A stretch of 64,000 bases of DNA from Glycera tridactyla. Its lineage: Eukaryota. The notes under the pieces were generated by a model. It was not told the origin of the DNA. It ran no database searches and worked only from the letters and a program-made list of their open reading frames with translations. Each line of letters starts with the position of its first letter. Positions within the stretch are counted from its first letter, which is position 1. Position numbers and translations under genes: made by a program. This document shows, piece by piece, positions 1 to 14,038 of this stretch. The stretch lies in NCBI GenBank assembly GCA_965644265.1, contig OZ286472.1, forward strand, positions 27,962,001 to 28,026,000. Reading direction: 5' to 3'.

Positions 1-2886
1 TGATATAACTGATGATCATTGGCCTCTGTGCAGATGATAAATGCTTAGAAACACTGAAGGCTACCTGCTTCACGGTTTTCTGATAATTCACATGGAAGAG
101 GCACTGATGATGTTCAGGTACATCATCACAAAACAAGGTTCAATACTCACTTGCAGATGGCTCTATCCGTGCTGGAATATCATTGAAATTTTATCAAAAC
201 ATCCCTAAAATATTTGTTGGCAGCAAGAGCATGGGCCGATCTGAAGTCTTATATTCATATTCATATGGAGGACTATCAGCATTTCCTGCCCTCTGCAAAC
301 TACCTTTTGAAATATAATAGTTTCAGATTGTATGCTGCCCTTGGTATGATGCCAAATATAAATCTTGAGTTGCAGACACATAGTAGTGTGTTTTCATTCT
401 GTAAATCTATCCACCAATCTTGTGTTTGACCTAGCCATGTCAACTTTTGGCTTGAAGAAATAATAGTCTTGCTCATGAAATGGGAGAATCAGAAGTATTC
501 TCTCTAAGTCGGTAATCATCTATCTATATAACATACTCGAGAGAATAGTATCAAAGCCAGCCTGTTATATACTTCGTACTTTGATTGGTAAGCCATTGTT
601 TTCATACATATCATATATGGATCATGATCAGTCACCAGACCAGATTGTCCAAATATGTCAATCTAAATATGTGCTGGGGGTCATTATTTCAATAATGCAT
701 GCAGAGAATTGACTGTTATCCTGATTTTCCATAATGAAAAAGTGCAAATGATCTCTGTGAGAAACTGAATAGTATAGCAGTGTTATCAATATACTTGCTC
801 CCTGATCAATTCATATGGATATTTTATTCTGAGCTCCTCGACAGCTTACCCTTGGTGAGCTCCAATTCTTGAAAAATGCTAACAAACATGACAATTTTTC
901 TATGGTGTGTGTTGAATTATGTTCCACTTCAGATCATTCAGTCTTCAATTTGATCATGAAAATGGAATCACTCTGGTCCTGTGCTATACTGGTCCAGGTG
1001 GATTTCCCTCAATTCACTATTTCTTCCATTATTGTCATTATTCTAATGTCATTTTCATCACTAAATATGCCGTAAATGTCTTCTCTGTTGTCCAAGTCAT
1101 GTATGATGAAAAATCTTGCCATAGCTACCTAATCTAAGTTTGGAACTCCACAGATCCGATTTCAAAATGTTCAACAGTATGACTATGTGATCTTGCATGA
1201 CCTTAACTTTTGAGTCCTGTCTGAGCAAAAGTCATCCAATGAGAATAGTACATCATAAACGGGGGCAATAACATGACATCTCCAATCAGGAGACATATTT
1301 CAGGCAGGATAGAATCCTCCTCAAATCTGTTCAAGAATGTATATCTCTTTCAAGATGGACTATAAGAACTCTCCTTTCAATTAGATATTACTGCTGCTGA
1401 TGTGAGGAATCATGTTAGTTCAGCCCAGCTACAACTTATCACACTGCTGTAAATCGAAGTTATTTCAAAAGAATATAAATTTAGGCATCCAGTGAGTAAT
1501 GTAATGTTCCAAATTTCGGAAAGAGGCACACTGGCAGAAAATCTAATGAAGCAGAGTATGAATGCAACAACATATCATGCCCACTGGATATGATCCAGCA
1601 CCCAATTTGATATGTTTTGAGGAATGTATCAGCATAGAGCCATTGGCTGGGCTTTCCCAATGATGATAGCCAGTATCTACTGACAAAAGTGATACACAAA
1701 ACAGTCCCAAAGCCAGTCAATGTCAACATGGCACATTTAACAGAATGAAACTACTTATACCGAAGTTTAGATGTGTTTCCTCGTTTTGCTGTTTGTTCAG
1801 AGTTTTGTGAGCCCCAGCTATGGTCCGCATGATGAAAATATACTAATGTATTGAGTTTCCATTGTGCTCATGGAGAAATACTGAATTCATACCGCTCGCT
1901 ATGATGACAACCTCAAAAGACACTCAGGGCTTTTTAAAATAATTCAAAGCTCGTGTTCATACATTCTTGTTGAATTTTTAGTACCTGGACAATAGTTATG
2001 GACAGCCCAGCCAGTTCTATGCAACTGACAATAGTTGTTCACAACCCTACCATTTTGGAACCATGCATATGCACTCCAAGCAAAACGCGTTTCTGGATAT
2101 TTCAACTGAGACCTATGCATTCCTTATGTTCACTTAGCTACCTTCTACAACCAATTCAAACGAACAAGCTGAGCATGCTTAAACCATTTACAATTTCACT
2201 CTAAAATTCAGATGAACACTCTGATGGACAAATGATCATATATGAGACCTATGGGACAATCAAATAAAATATGACGATGCATACATTGGTAATATGAGTA
2301 CTTATGCAGTTCATGTCAAATACCTATAGACCAATTCAGATGAAGAAGATTGAACTGGACACATGCAGTTCCAGACATGAAATCATGAGGAAATGTTCTT
2401 CATTCTAGCATGGAAAGAAGCAAGCCAATGAAAATAACAAGATGTTGATGAGTTTATCAGACAAAGGGGAAAAATGTGTGTAGAGGATATGTAGGCAAGA
2501 TCCTCACAAAATCTGACTCTAAATCACAATGATGAATTATGTGCAACTGCTGAATGTGTTGGATCTTTGACGAGATAGTGTAATGTCTATGACATTCAAA
2601 CCAAAAATAATAACTCTAATATCACTATTCTTCCAATGTACTCATTCATATCAAATCATGACCATTTGATGGATCATGATTGATATTCATTGAATAGATG
2701 AGTTTCTTGAGTCCAAAACATACATAAGGCAAAAGCCACAACATCCTACTAAATGACACTGGAACATTATCCGGAATTTTGACAGGTGGCCTTCCATATC
2801 TTGGAATTCTAAAATGAGATTCACCTGATGACATATATCAGATGATAATGAGAATATTTGTGAAGACATGACTGAAATATACTTAC

Positions 2887-2979
2887 GACAAGTTTGTGAT
2901 GATAGTATACATGAACCATCAAGACACTCCTTCTCACACGGCCCTGCTGTTGTTGTTAATGGTGCAGGGGTTGTAAAAG
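2887..2979 (-). CDS. Internal exon (93 nt, phase 1-1): Thr/Pro-rich linker plus start of an LDLa-like Cys module
   Basis: Acceptor ttttctttggcAG, donor GTaagt. Translates (T)FTTPAPLTTTAGPCEKECLDGSCILSSQTC, in frame with the LDLa exon. The next exon was not identified and may lie left of the window. Confidence 0.85.
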
Positions 2980-3420
2980 CTGCCAAAGAAAATTTCAGAT
3001 GTTGATTGTCTCAGATAATAACAGTACATGTAATCATAAAATGAGGCAGCTCGAAACTTTAAAATTATCCATATAGTATATCAATTGCCTACCTAATCTT
3101 GATGATTTTCTTTGGATGAATAATCAGTTGTGAGTCAGCACTTCATAATCCTGATGTTTGTATGGTTGTTCAATGCATATTATCTGTGTATTGTGTAAAT
3201 GTATTGTACAAACTATATACGAACTAATCAGAACTTTCCCCCCTTTTCTGTGAAGGGAGCTGAATAAAGTTTGCATTGAGCAATTCCTTTCAAAATTACA
3301 TCAAATATCATGGCATAAGCCAATGTGTTGCATACCACACATGTATAATGACTCATATTCTACAATATGAGGTATCCAGGATACCAGGATAAAATGTAAA
3401 TATTTGATTATTGTACTTAC

Positions 3421-3561
3421 TTTTGCAGAATTCTACATCTTCATCACTGCCATCAGGGCAGTTGGGTAGAGTGTTACACACATGTTCTAATGGAATGCAC
3501 CAGGACGGATTATTACATTTAAAGCCAACATAGGTCTGGCCAAACCGAGTAAAACTACATT
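3421..3561 (-). CDS. Internal exon (141 nt, phase 1-1) encoding an LDL-receptor class A module
   Basis: Acceptor tctctgttgcAG, donor GTaagt. Translates (E)CSFTRFGQTYVGFKCNNPSWCIPLEHVCNTLPNCPDGSDEDVEFCK: six Cys plus the DGSDE motif. Confidence 0.93.
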
Positions 3562-4460
3562 CTGCAACAGAGAGTACATATCTGTCAAATCTGATCAAAA
3601 AGGATAATGAAGACATATCAATAGTGATGTAGTGAATGCTTGACATGAAATGGTTTCTCTAAATGACCTGAATCTCAAAATCTTTATAGTCTGAAATTTC
3701 ATCTACCTCTGCTATCAGATCAGTAGGAGCTTGCATGAGGACCCTGTTGATTATGTAGAGTTCTCAAGGATTTCTCCATCCTTGGAGTGTGGGAGAATTT
3801 ATTGCTGCAGGGGTAATTTCTAAAGGCCTAAATCATCATTTTCAGTTAAGAAACTTTACCCTTTTTGTAAGGGTCTCTCAGCGTCTGTTGGATTGTGCCA
3901 AGGGGATTCAGCCAAAGGAAAGTCCCAGTGTGAATCACCTCTCTCATAGGAACATGCAATGAGCCCCTGACTTCCAGATGCAATTTATCTCATCAGGTGA
4001 ATGGGTGTACAATATAAATGAATGAAGGGAAAAATAAGTAGATAGATACATGCATAAATTATATAAATATATATTGTAGACGTGGCCAGACCAGTCTTTC
4101 TCTGCTCAAGGATGTATGACACTCCAATGAGTCATCATTAGATATTCATCTCAGGAGTGCATAAAAACTCTTATAATGTGCTATGTACAAAAAGAGATCT
4201 TCTGAAACATACCATGATCATTGCTTTTTCTTTCATTTTTGAAAGATCTGACATGGCCAAAAAAAAAGATGTGACAACGACATTTTTCATATGAGGGAGA
4301 GCGTGGAAATACAGATCAATTCTGAGTTGGCTCACAAGAGAGATACAATTTTGATATATAACATAAGGAGAGTAATCTCCTCATCTTCATGTGCAGATAA
4401 TAGGGCATACTCACAGGCAAATTTCAATATGCCTCAATGAAGGTCAATTCTCTTTATATC

Positions 4461-4478
4461 CACACACGCATGCACGCA

Positions 4479-4510
<32 letters not shown>

Positions 4511-4760
4511 CATACACACACAAACTATTCCTCGATGATAGTTGAATGTTGAATGTGGCACCTGGCATAATCCTTGAGTATCTGTTTGGATCATGTCACC
4601 ACCAACTAGTCTGAATGAGGACTGGTATTCAAAATTATATTGATGTGGCATGCATAAATATGAATATGGATGATGCACATGAATTTAATTCAGTGTGACT
4701 GTGTGTATGCATGTTTGCATGTGTATGTATGTGTGTGTGTATATATGTGTTTGTGCATGT
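4461..4760. repeat. (GCAC)n/(CA)n and (GT)n microsatellites
   Basis: Tracts at about 4461-4522 and 4695-4760. Confidence 0.9.
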
Positions 4761-6333
4761 ATAAGTGCATCTAATTCTGCAAGTATGCTGCTGTGTGCAG
4801 GAATAATAAGTCAAATCCTACAAAACCAGTTGATAATGCTCAGTACAAGCTACACCATAAAACACATGCATGGGGTATGTCTTGATCATTGACTCTAATG
4901 CTTGATGTAAGACAGGCTTAAAGCACTTCAACATGTCTCCTATAGTTGTGTGAAGTATAATGATAGGGGCCAGGATGGATTACTGCTAACAGGGGAACAC
5001 AGGTTATAAATCAATCATCATCACAGTTGTACGAATATTCATAAAACAACCTCTTAAAGGAAGTTGCAGATGAGAATGTTGATATACGGCATGGTCATCA
5101 ACAAGCTCAAGAATATTGAATAGCAAACTCTTTTCTCTATAGTGAGATATTAATGATGAAATCTATCATGAATTAAGGAAATAAGCATTGACCAGATAGT
5201 TGTTGCAAAACATGGTTTATTGTTAGGGGACGCTTTTGAATCACATAGCTCCCTGTGCGCAATGCTAGATAGAAATTATATATCACAATGAGATAAACTG
5301 GTCTCAATCGAGAGTAGACAATGCCATCACAACAGAATATCTATCGATCTGTATACTCATATTCAAGGGTCATACTCATGAGGAGACCAGTCCTTGTTCA
5401 ATATTTTAGAATAATCCAATTTAACGAAGAATTGAATCATTTCATACACAAAGGCATGATGTAGATCTTGCAGGAAGAGAATACTTCGGATTCATAACAT
5501 TTCAGCATCAGAGAGAGGGGCATATCCACCACGAAGTTGTGTGAGAATAGAATATTCACATATCTAAATCATTACCTGAGCAGAACTATGACAAGAGTGA
5601 GCAGATAATGAATGTTTCACAATGATGAACCAAGTGATGAAATTAGCTGATTATATTAGCAGGATGGGCAGGGGTGCACAACTAAATGCCATGCATAACA
5701 ATTGACGATATTGTTCCAAAAAATATAATTAGCTCTAAATATTGTTCCTTCATATGATATCACAAAGGTCCAAAACCTTATTCATCTAATAATATCGAGC
5801 ACAAGAGCTTAATAATATTTGATGATACTGTAATGGCCTCAGATGTCATATAATGAGGCAACAACATATTGAAATTTGGTAGGTGATTAATTCTCATTAA
5901 ATGCTGCCACCTGAGTGTACTGTATAGCAATGCTCGGAGTTGGCAGCTCAAAATGGTCATGATACATTGCATAATTGCTATAACCTCCTGACAAAGTTAA
6001 ACATATGCCAGAGAAGGACACAGCCACTGATTTTGACATTCATGTCATCAACATTGATGGTCTCTTCATATAGTCTCAGATACAGAAATGTGTGATCATA
6101 TTTCTCAAACATCAAATGTCTGATTGTGGTTTTAGTAAAAGTTAACTGAAGCTTAGTGACGATTCTACAGTGAAGCAACAAAAATACTAATTTAGGTAGA
6201 ATGTGACGATAAGGCTACATCTATCAGAGTGATTCTTCTCCACCAACTTCTTCACAATGAATCCTACTTACTAGGGCTGCCTTACTCTTGGCTACTTTTG
6301 GCCTTGTAAAAAACCACAAAATTTCATACTCAC

Positions 6334-6555
6334 CATCCCCTTTCCCATGTAGCTGTTTATACACGCCATATATAAAATGAAAATGTCCCTTTACTAATGG
6401 TTTTTTCACACGTATAGACATCCCTCGGTCAGACGTAAATCCTCCATGAGGTTGACCAAGGCTAGAGATTCCGTTTTCGTCAGTCATTTCTATACTGTCA
6501 AATGTCTTGAGTATTGGTGATTCGGAATATATATCTTGATGAATGTCTGCCAGAC
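6334..6555 (-). CDS. Internal exon (222 nt, phase 1-1) encoding the C-terminal half of the divergent CUB domain
   Basis: Acceptor ctgtccttttttcAG, donor GTgagt. Open frame (G)LADIHQDIYSESPILKTFDSIEMTDENGISSLGQPHGGFTSDRGMSIRVKKPLVKGHFHFIYGVYKQLHGKGD. Joins upstream as g|gt=Gly and downstream as g|aa=Glu without stops. Confidence 0.8.
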
Positions 6556-9500
6556 CTGAAAAAAGGACAGCAAAGTGTTATTTCCAGAAGTTTTATCTGT
6601 AACTGACAGTACTTGATTCACCAAACAGATAACGAGGTACTTCATGCTACATCATATACATACTTATTCCACAAACCCATCTCTGCTTCCTAATTGTCAC
6701 ACAACATCAATTCAATTGTTTTCTCTTTCAAAACCTTTTTCAGCATACCCCTGAAATAGTAATAGTTGCAGGTTCCTTCAACCATGGAAAGCAATACATC
6801 GTCATTCATACATAAGTTGGGCTTTTTGGAAAACATATAAAAATCATACAAATATGGGATGGACCTATCTAATTTCTCTCCTACAAGAACAAACTCAAAT
6901 ATGGATAATCTACGAAGTACTAGACCTACATATGGAGGATACATTTACTTTTGACACAGGACAAACTCCCAGATAGTGCTATGCAAAGCAACCCACTCTC
7001 ACACCGATAATGCACAATCATCCCAAACTTTTTAATCTCATAGCACATTATATTTTAGTATTTGAGAGATAACTGACTACAGCTTGAACCAATGCAAATG
7101 AGCATATATCCAATAAACACCAGTATATATCACCAGTTGACCTCTTATGAGCATTTGCACAAATACCAAAGATCATGCCAAAGTCGATCACTACCATGAT
7201 GACATCTTCATATATCACAAAATCTGAATGTGGAGTGCCAAAATTCACCAGATCTGAACACTGGCTCTACAGTAAGCTGCCTCTATCGGATGTGGACATC
7301 TGTTGGTCATGTGTGCACCTATCGATGACCACCATAATTGAGCCACTGTGTAATGTTGGATATTTAATTGGCATGTCACATAAGTTCAACTGGCACAACA
7401 AAACTTATTCAAGCATTGTCACAGGAGTTCTTGTCACAGTTCATCATGTTGTTGTTATTGTTGTTATAGCTGTCGTGGTTGTCATCACAGCAGCAGCTGT
7501 CACTGTGTCCAGTGCCGTAGTTGATGTTACTTTCATCATTATCATTCAGATGACTTCTCATCGCGGGATGCAACATATCAGGTATATGAAGGGATTCAAC
7601 AGTGACAATTCGAGAGAAGTCTTTCAATCATGGACATTGGTGTGAGAAAAGTGAACCATATCTTGCTTGTCGAAGAAGCACATTTCGTTCAACACGGTTG
7701 CACCATCTCAACAAAAGTGCATCTAACTGGTCAAGCGCAGATGGGAAACACAGTAGAATCGATGCTAAGTCTCCAGCAAACTTGATGATATCAATTGTGG
7801 TAATTACAGTGACAGCTTGCCTGGGTTCTGGAAAGTGACTTCAGCAAAATCATAATAGCCATATCCACATCATGTTTATTGGATGTTGTTGATTCAGTTT
7901 TCATTCACAAGCAGTATGTGATAGTGCACTCCACTGGATGATTTATGTGGATATGGATCCATAGGATGCAGGCTTCAATTCGAAGTCATGAAGCAACCAG
8001 CCAAATGTGTCGTATCAAGTATGCTCTGCAACTTACCTTGGACTGTAACACAGATTCTAAAGATGAAATTTGTTATCACTTTGAAAAGTATGACCATTAG
8101 TTGTTACTGTTTTATACTACATGTGAAGTGATATTCTAATGGCTGAGGTCATGCATGAAACCTGGCCTGTACTCATAGTGTGGAGAAACCATGCACTGTG
8201 CTCCTATATTATTTGAAATACTGCATGTGAATTCTGCAGTTAGAAGTACCCCTGTCTATCTTATGAAAAATACAGAGAATTCCTGCCAGACAGGCCACTG
8301 TATGACAGCACACACAAACACATGCATCCACGCATGTGCCAGCACATGCACATGCACACACAGAAGCGCAGATAAAATGATCTACACTGATTTCATTCAC
8401 GATCGCTGGTAATAAGGAATAAAAATAAGTATTCATTAGATTGTGGTATAAAATTATACAAATGAATGGCCACTGTAAATTGAAATGAAAGGAAAGTCAG
8501 AATTAATATGAGACCAAAAAGAAAGAAAAAAATACATGTGTGAAATTGAAATGGTCAATACTGGGTAGGAATATATCAAGATATTCCAGCATGTACCATG
8601 GGCAATTATCTGGGAGTAGAGTAAATAATAATGATATCAAATTAACATCTATCGGGAGACTGTAGGTTAAGTCTTACCTTGAGCACATATTAGGGTGGAT
8701 ATTGAATTCCAAATGGACAATTGGATGTTTGAGGAATATCTAACTACAGGCTTCCTTTCTCTTTAATTCTTTATATCAAATTCCCTTGAAAATAGCATTT
8801 TTGTTGCTAATACATACATTGCCTAGACTTCATCTTGCAACACAACATGTGATATAAAGCTTTAAAGGAGGGAATATTTGTAGTATACTTAATCAAATAT
8901 AGTATACAAGAAGGATACAAACTAGTGAAAAGAAGGCTTTGGTGACACCAGTATTTATATAACATTTATGCCGATACCTTGACGACACTGCAAGATATCA
9001 TAAGCTGGAGGTGACAAAAGCAATTTCAAGTAAAAAATCAGTGGAGTCGAATATCACACCGAGATTTGTTTTCGAAAGTGCATCACATCCATCTCCTCCG
9101 ATGCCTCTGACCTAACTTGTTAATAAGTCGATCTCTCAGACAACTCTGATGTTCATGATTTCAACAGAACACGATGTTGTTGCATGAAAATATATTTTGG
9201 GAATTGTCATGTTCTAAATGATGAGATATTGTTATCCAAGTGTATTCATTCCATCATATCTGAACATTCTACACAGAAAATTTTCTCTGTGAGAACCTAA
9301 AGCTATGGTAATGATAGCCAAGGTATTTGCAATCGCATAATCTCTTCCATTGATAGCGATTTTACAAAGATAGCGATTTTACAAGGCCCAGGTATTCCAG
9401 AAGAATTGCAAATAAGATATGAGCAATATGAACAGAAAAGCAAAACAAGTTACGAAATGTGACGGAAAAATTCAATTGGACGGAAGATAATTGTAATCTC

Positions 9501-12500
9501 TTATAAACTCATACCAATGAAATAATTCCTATGAATGACCATCTTACATGCTGAGACAAGTTCCACTCTCCTATACCATGAGGGAATAATTCTAAGTTGG
9601 GAGACATTTCACATATATTTTTGATTTGCCTTTCTTACGTGTTTATGTTGAGTTGTTGCCATCTTGTGCAAAATGATATAAGGTACTGTAATACCAATCA
9701 CGAACTATCTTTCGAGATGTTTCAAAGCTGTCATCCCATGAGTCACACTGAAGTTGAAAAGGTGTGAAATGACTCCCATAAAACAATACAGTGATGGTTC
9801 TAATATGGCACTTCATGGTTTGCATGCACTAATTCCATGCATCACAAAATTGTAGCATCAAAATGAAACAAAATCCATGCTTTGAGGGCATTGGTCCTTG
9901 CATGAATGTCACAATCAGAGACATCTATGTCTCCATGCACAAATCAGTCAATCCTGAAGTATTTTAATCGCAAGGAGGCATTTGTTTAACGAAGAACATT
10001 CATATTTCCAATCTTTCCCTTCACGATGATGGGTAGATGGATGAAATGCCAGCAATTGGAAGGTGCAACAGAGCATTGCATCCCACTTCCTTGGTCACAT
10101 ATCATCTGTGAGTTTAATTATTCTAATAACTTGATAGAATTGCTGATTTTCTCTCAATCGACCAATGATCTTCGTCGGTAGCGAGCTATTTCATTCATCT
10201 TTCGGATAATGGCACATGCAATGACAAAGGAATATGAGTTGAAGTAGGAGGTATCATCCAATTATTAGGTGATATATGATATAGACATCATATTACTGAA
10301 TATTATGGTGATCATGTTAGTTTGCTCTCTAATGTGATTTACTTTGGTGAGTGTACAGAATGTGATGCCTCCGCAATATCATTGTGCCTCGTTTGACATG
10401 ATTTCTAATAGTTCTAATCACAATATGAAATAAAGAACAATCAATAGAAAAATGATAGTTGTTATCTTGGATATTCAGCACATTCACAGCAATGACTTGT
10501 CACAGCTTCTATGTATACCAGAAAATTATTCATAAGAACTGCTCCATACCAAATTTATCTGTACTATCAGATAAATGATCACTACCAAAATGAAGGAGTG
10601 AATCTGCATTGAGTACTCAATTCTATGATCAAATGAGTATTATGTATAAACTTGAAAGCATAATTTCAGACCCTAATGACATATGCCCTCACATATTTTG
10701 TGGGATGACTGTGATAATGCACATGCACGATTCACATCGATGCCAATGGAGAATGCTCATGCAACAACAGAGCAAGATCTTATAATTACTGAATGAATCC
10801 AACACATCTGACTTATTAGGAATGACATGAGGCTGAATACATGGGAGGGTTATAATATATTGGTACTGGCATGTATAGTGAAAATATAACATTTGTTGGC
10901 CTAGTATAGACCCGTGCAAGTCATGCCAATGAGACACATAAACACAAAGAAATACTGATCAAAATATCTGGCACAGCTATAGCTGATAAATTTGACAGTA
11001 TCCATAGTAAGGGACAGTATTCATTCCCACCACTCACTAGAAATCACATTTCATGCTACATCTGCATGTATTGCATGAAACATTTTTTACATCAACAGAT
11101 GTATTCTACTAATTCATTGCATCTGTGATGTGTACACATACAACATCAGTGTTTTCAGTCAATTTGCTAAGATAATCAAAACTATTTCACTGAGTGCAAT
11201 ATACCATGCAAAATGAGTACAATTCAAATAATGGATAAACTGTACGTTTGTTATACATTTTATAATCTGATTGTTTCAGTTACCAAAATTCTGTAGGCAG
11301 GCCCTAATATTGTGCAATTGTTGTTCTTTCATTGCTACCATTTCATCACAGCACGGACTTTTCATCACATTCACATCGCCATCATCAAAACTTTAGTGAT
11401 TGATACATGATACCGTATCTCCTATAAAATTTTGTACATGACTCAGCAGCACATTTGTATATTATTGCGGAGTTACAAATACCTTGCTCATGGGTCCATG
11501 AATTCAAAATCCCTACCATATAGCTACTGTGAATGTCCCCATCTGAATGCATGTGATCGTGCACTTCTAGGCATTGGTCGGAGTCTATAGGTGGCAAGGA
11601 CTAAATGAAAGTTAGGATGGGCTGAAGACTAGTCGTGTGGTGATAATGTGGTATCAATTTTATCAGTACTTATTTCATTTCCACCAATCTTGATATGATT
11701 GGTCACTATCATTTCCATATCTTAAAGTATCATTTCAAGATTAAATATATTATACTCAAGTTTATGTTATAAATGAGATGAAAATTTGTTGAACTGAAAA
11801 GCTGTATATGGAATCATTTGACCTGTCAGTGACACATATTTCTATTTGCAATATAAGCTGTTTTCAAAGGATGTCACTTGTTTGGCTCAAATTGGTACAT
11901 CTAAACAGTAGTCTTCCGGAGATCACATGGGCAGCAGTGAAATTAAATCTGTGTGTCATTTTGTGGGGGATATCAAAGACCACTGGGGACAATCCACCCT
12001 GATGACTATTAGGCATAGCCATATTCCAGATCCTTAAGACATTTCATCTTCAAGGAACCCAAATTAGTCTCATGAATTGAAAAACAGGTAACTGTCGACT
12101 GTGATAAAATCTTGTTTGTAGTATATATGATTAACACCCTGATCTGTGGTAAATATGGTCAAAATCCCTGACAGCAAAACTAAATTGGATGTATGTGGTC
12201 AAAAAGAAAGTTGGTGGGAGAAAGATGCTTTTCCCAAGTTTCGTGAGTGACAAAGTGCAGGAGTAAATAGGAGTGGAGAAGGGAGTGAGAGTAAAAGAGA
12301 GTGATAGCAAAAAGATATTTGTCAAATTACTGAAAGATATCAAAAGAATTCAAAAGTAGCTGGTAAATCAATACAGATGTACTCCAGTTTGTTGAGAAAC
12401 AGAAATACACAGATGAGGAAAGATGATATTTATGAGTGTAATACTGCTCCCTACACCTGGAATGCATGCTAACAACAAGTAAAATGCTCCAATGTGGACT

Positions 12501-13864
12501 GGATGGACATCCAAAAATTCACCAAACATCTAGCCTCAAACACGCTACTATATGATTGATGAAATAAATGAACTTAACAAGAATACGGAATGGAATTGAA
12601 CCACCCCTATGATGTCAAATTCACCAACTTTACATTATCTTCCAGATTACTGACCCATAGATCATAATGAACATGAGCATGTTCAAATGCTCATTAGTGA
12701 ATGCTGAGGGTACTGGAATTGCAAACTTCTTCCTATAAACTAATGACAACATCTGGATCTCAATACACAAAAATGATCATTGGTAAAGATCTAATTGTTC
12801 ACCTACTCATGGCTAGAAAATATCATACAGCTGGTCAAAATTATGTCATTTTTCAGGCGATGACATGCTCATAAGAGACGACGCTATTATGCGAATATAT
12901 CACTCAAGACAATATATATTGACATATTCAAAACAAAATTATAAATTCTAATCACTCAGTTAAACGCTGTTTATATTGAACAGTGTCAAAACATGCCTGT
13001 ACCCTGAAGAAAATGCATGAGAGCAATACTTTAATCCTGGAATATTCCAGACACACACTAAATTACTAGTTGTTCCAAACTAGTTCTCCTCAGTAGATTA
13101 AGCCTATGTTCTTATATCATGAACCTGGTTCTAAACATTAGGATTACCACACAGGACAGGGAAATACAGCTGACCAATGAAGATTCGAAAACCTTTCAGT
13201 AATTTTCCCATAGTAGATGCTACTCTGAAATTTATATGGTATGCAAAATAATGCATACCCCACTAGTCAAAGGATGGTGACCTTAAAAATGGCAATGGTC
13301 CCTTTTTCTTCTTATAAAACAATTCTCCATTATTCCTTACCAACCAGAGGCCATACCCTTTTCAAGTATGAACCACCATTTGCAGGCTTATCAGACATTA
13401 TCCCAATGATTTGTCATCAGATCATGTACTTGTCTGTTTGTTTAAGGTTCAACGGCATGTACCAGATCATGTACAAAAATGCAGGAAACATTAAAAATTC
13501 ATAATCTCTTTTAGCTTTGGCAATCAAGAACAGAAGAATACGTTTTCACGACGGCACTGGGTCAAGTTTTATCAGAATGGAAGCTTGATCTGACTGATGA
13601 CAACAAGATCCAAAAAAGAATTACAAAATATTTTGAGCATCAATTCTGTTCCTTATGATATCTTACCCAAAATTCATTATCAAAACTGATACTGAAATAT
13701 CCATAACATGACATAGAATGTCTAGCGTAACCCAGAATTTGTTATGAATGCTTCTACCAAAGTTTCAGAACCAGTCCTACGAGATCCTTCTTCAACCTGC
13801 CTATTGACTGAATCTGGTTTTGAGGTCTAAGATCATGCACACATATAAAGAAACTGTCACATAC

Positions 13865-14038
13865 CATCCCTGAGGTCCATGCTGGTAACACGTGCATACA
13901 CTCGTATACCAGGTATATCGGAGGGCACTTTGAGCTGCCAGGCACAGTCGAAGTGGTATTGTGCTCGACCGAACTTGATGCCCAAGGTCCCCAGCTTGAT
14001 CCACCCCCCATTCATCACATTATATAAAGGCGGACATT
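13865..14038 (-). CDS. Internal exon (174 nt, phase 1-1) encoding the N-terminal half of a divergent CUB domain
   Basis: Minus strand: acceptor tgtttctttgcAG, donor GTatgt. Open frame (E)CPPLYNVMNGGWIKLGTLGIKFGRAQYHFDCAWQLKVPSDIPGIRVYARVTSMDLRD has the CUB pattern C..GG.I..DCxWxLxVP..V....DL. Splices in frame to exon 6555-6334. Confidence 0.88.

Noticed and set aside
151-204. 54-nt unit with good acceptor and GTGAGT donor as the next exon after 2887
   Set aside because: All three frames contain stops. The phase-1 frame gives RMF** immediately.
1481-1729. ORF resembling GPCR TM3-TM4 (LCITFVSRYW..GCWIIS), or in another frame a sushi module (SPANGS..YPVG)
   Set aside because: Two incompatible readings and no consistent splice path. 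Most likely over-reading of chance motifs.
4454-4678. FRLVGG..GIVC looks like an SRCR start
   Set aside because: Spacing is poor, no convincing donor, and the frame runs into a GT microsatellite.
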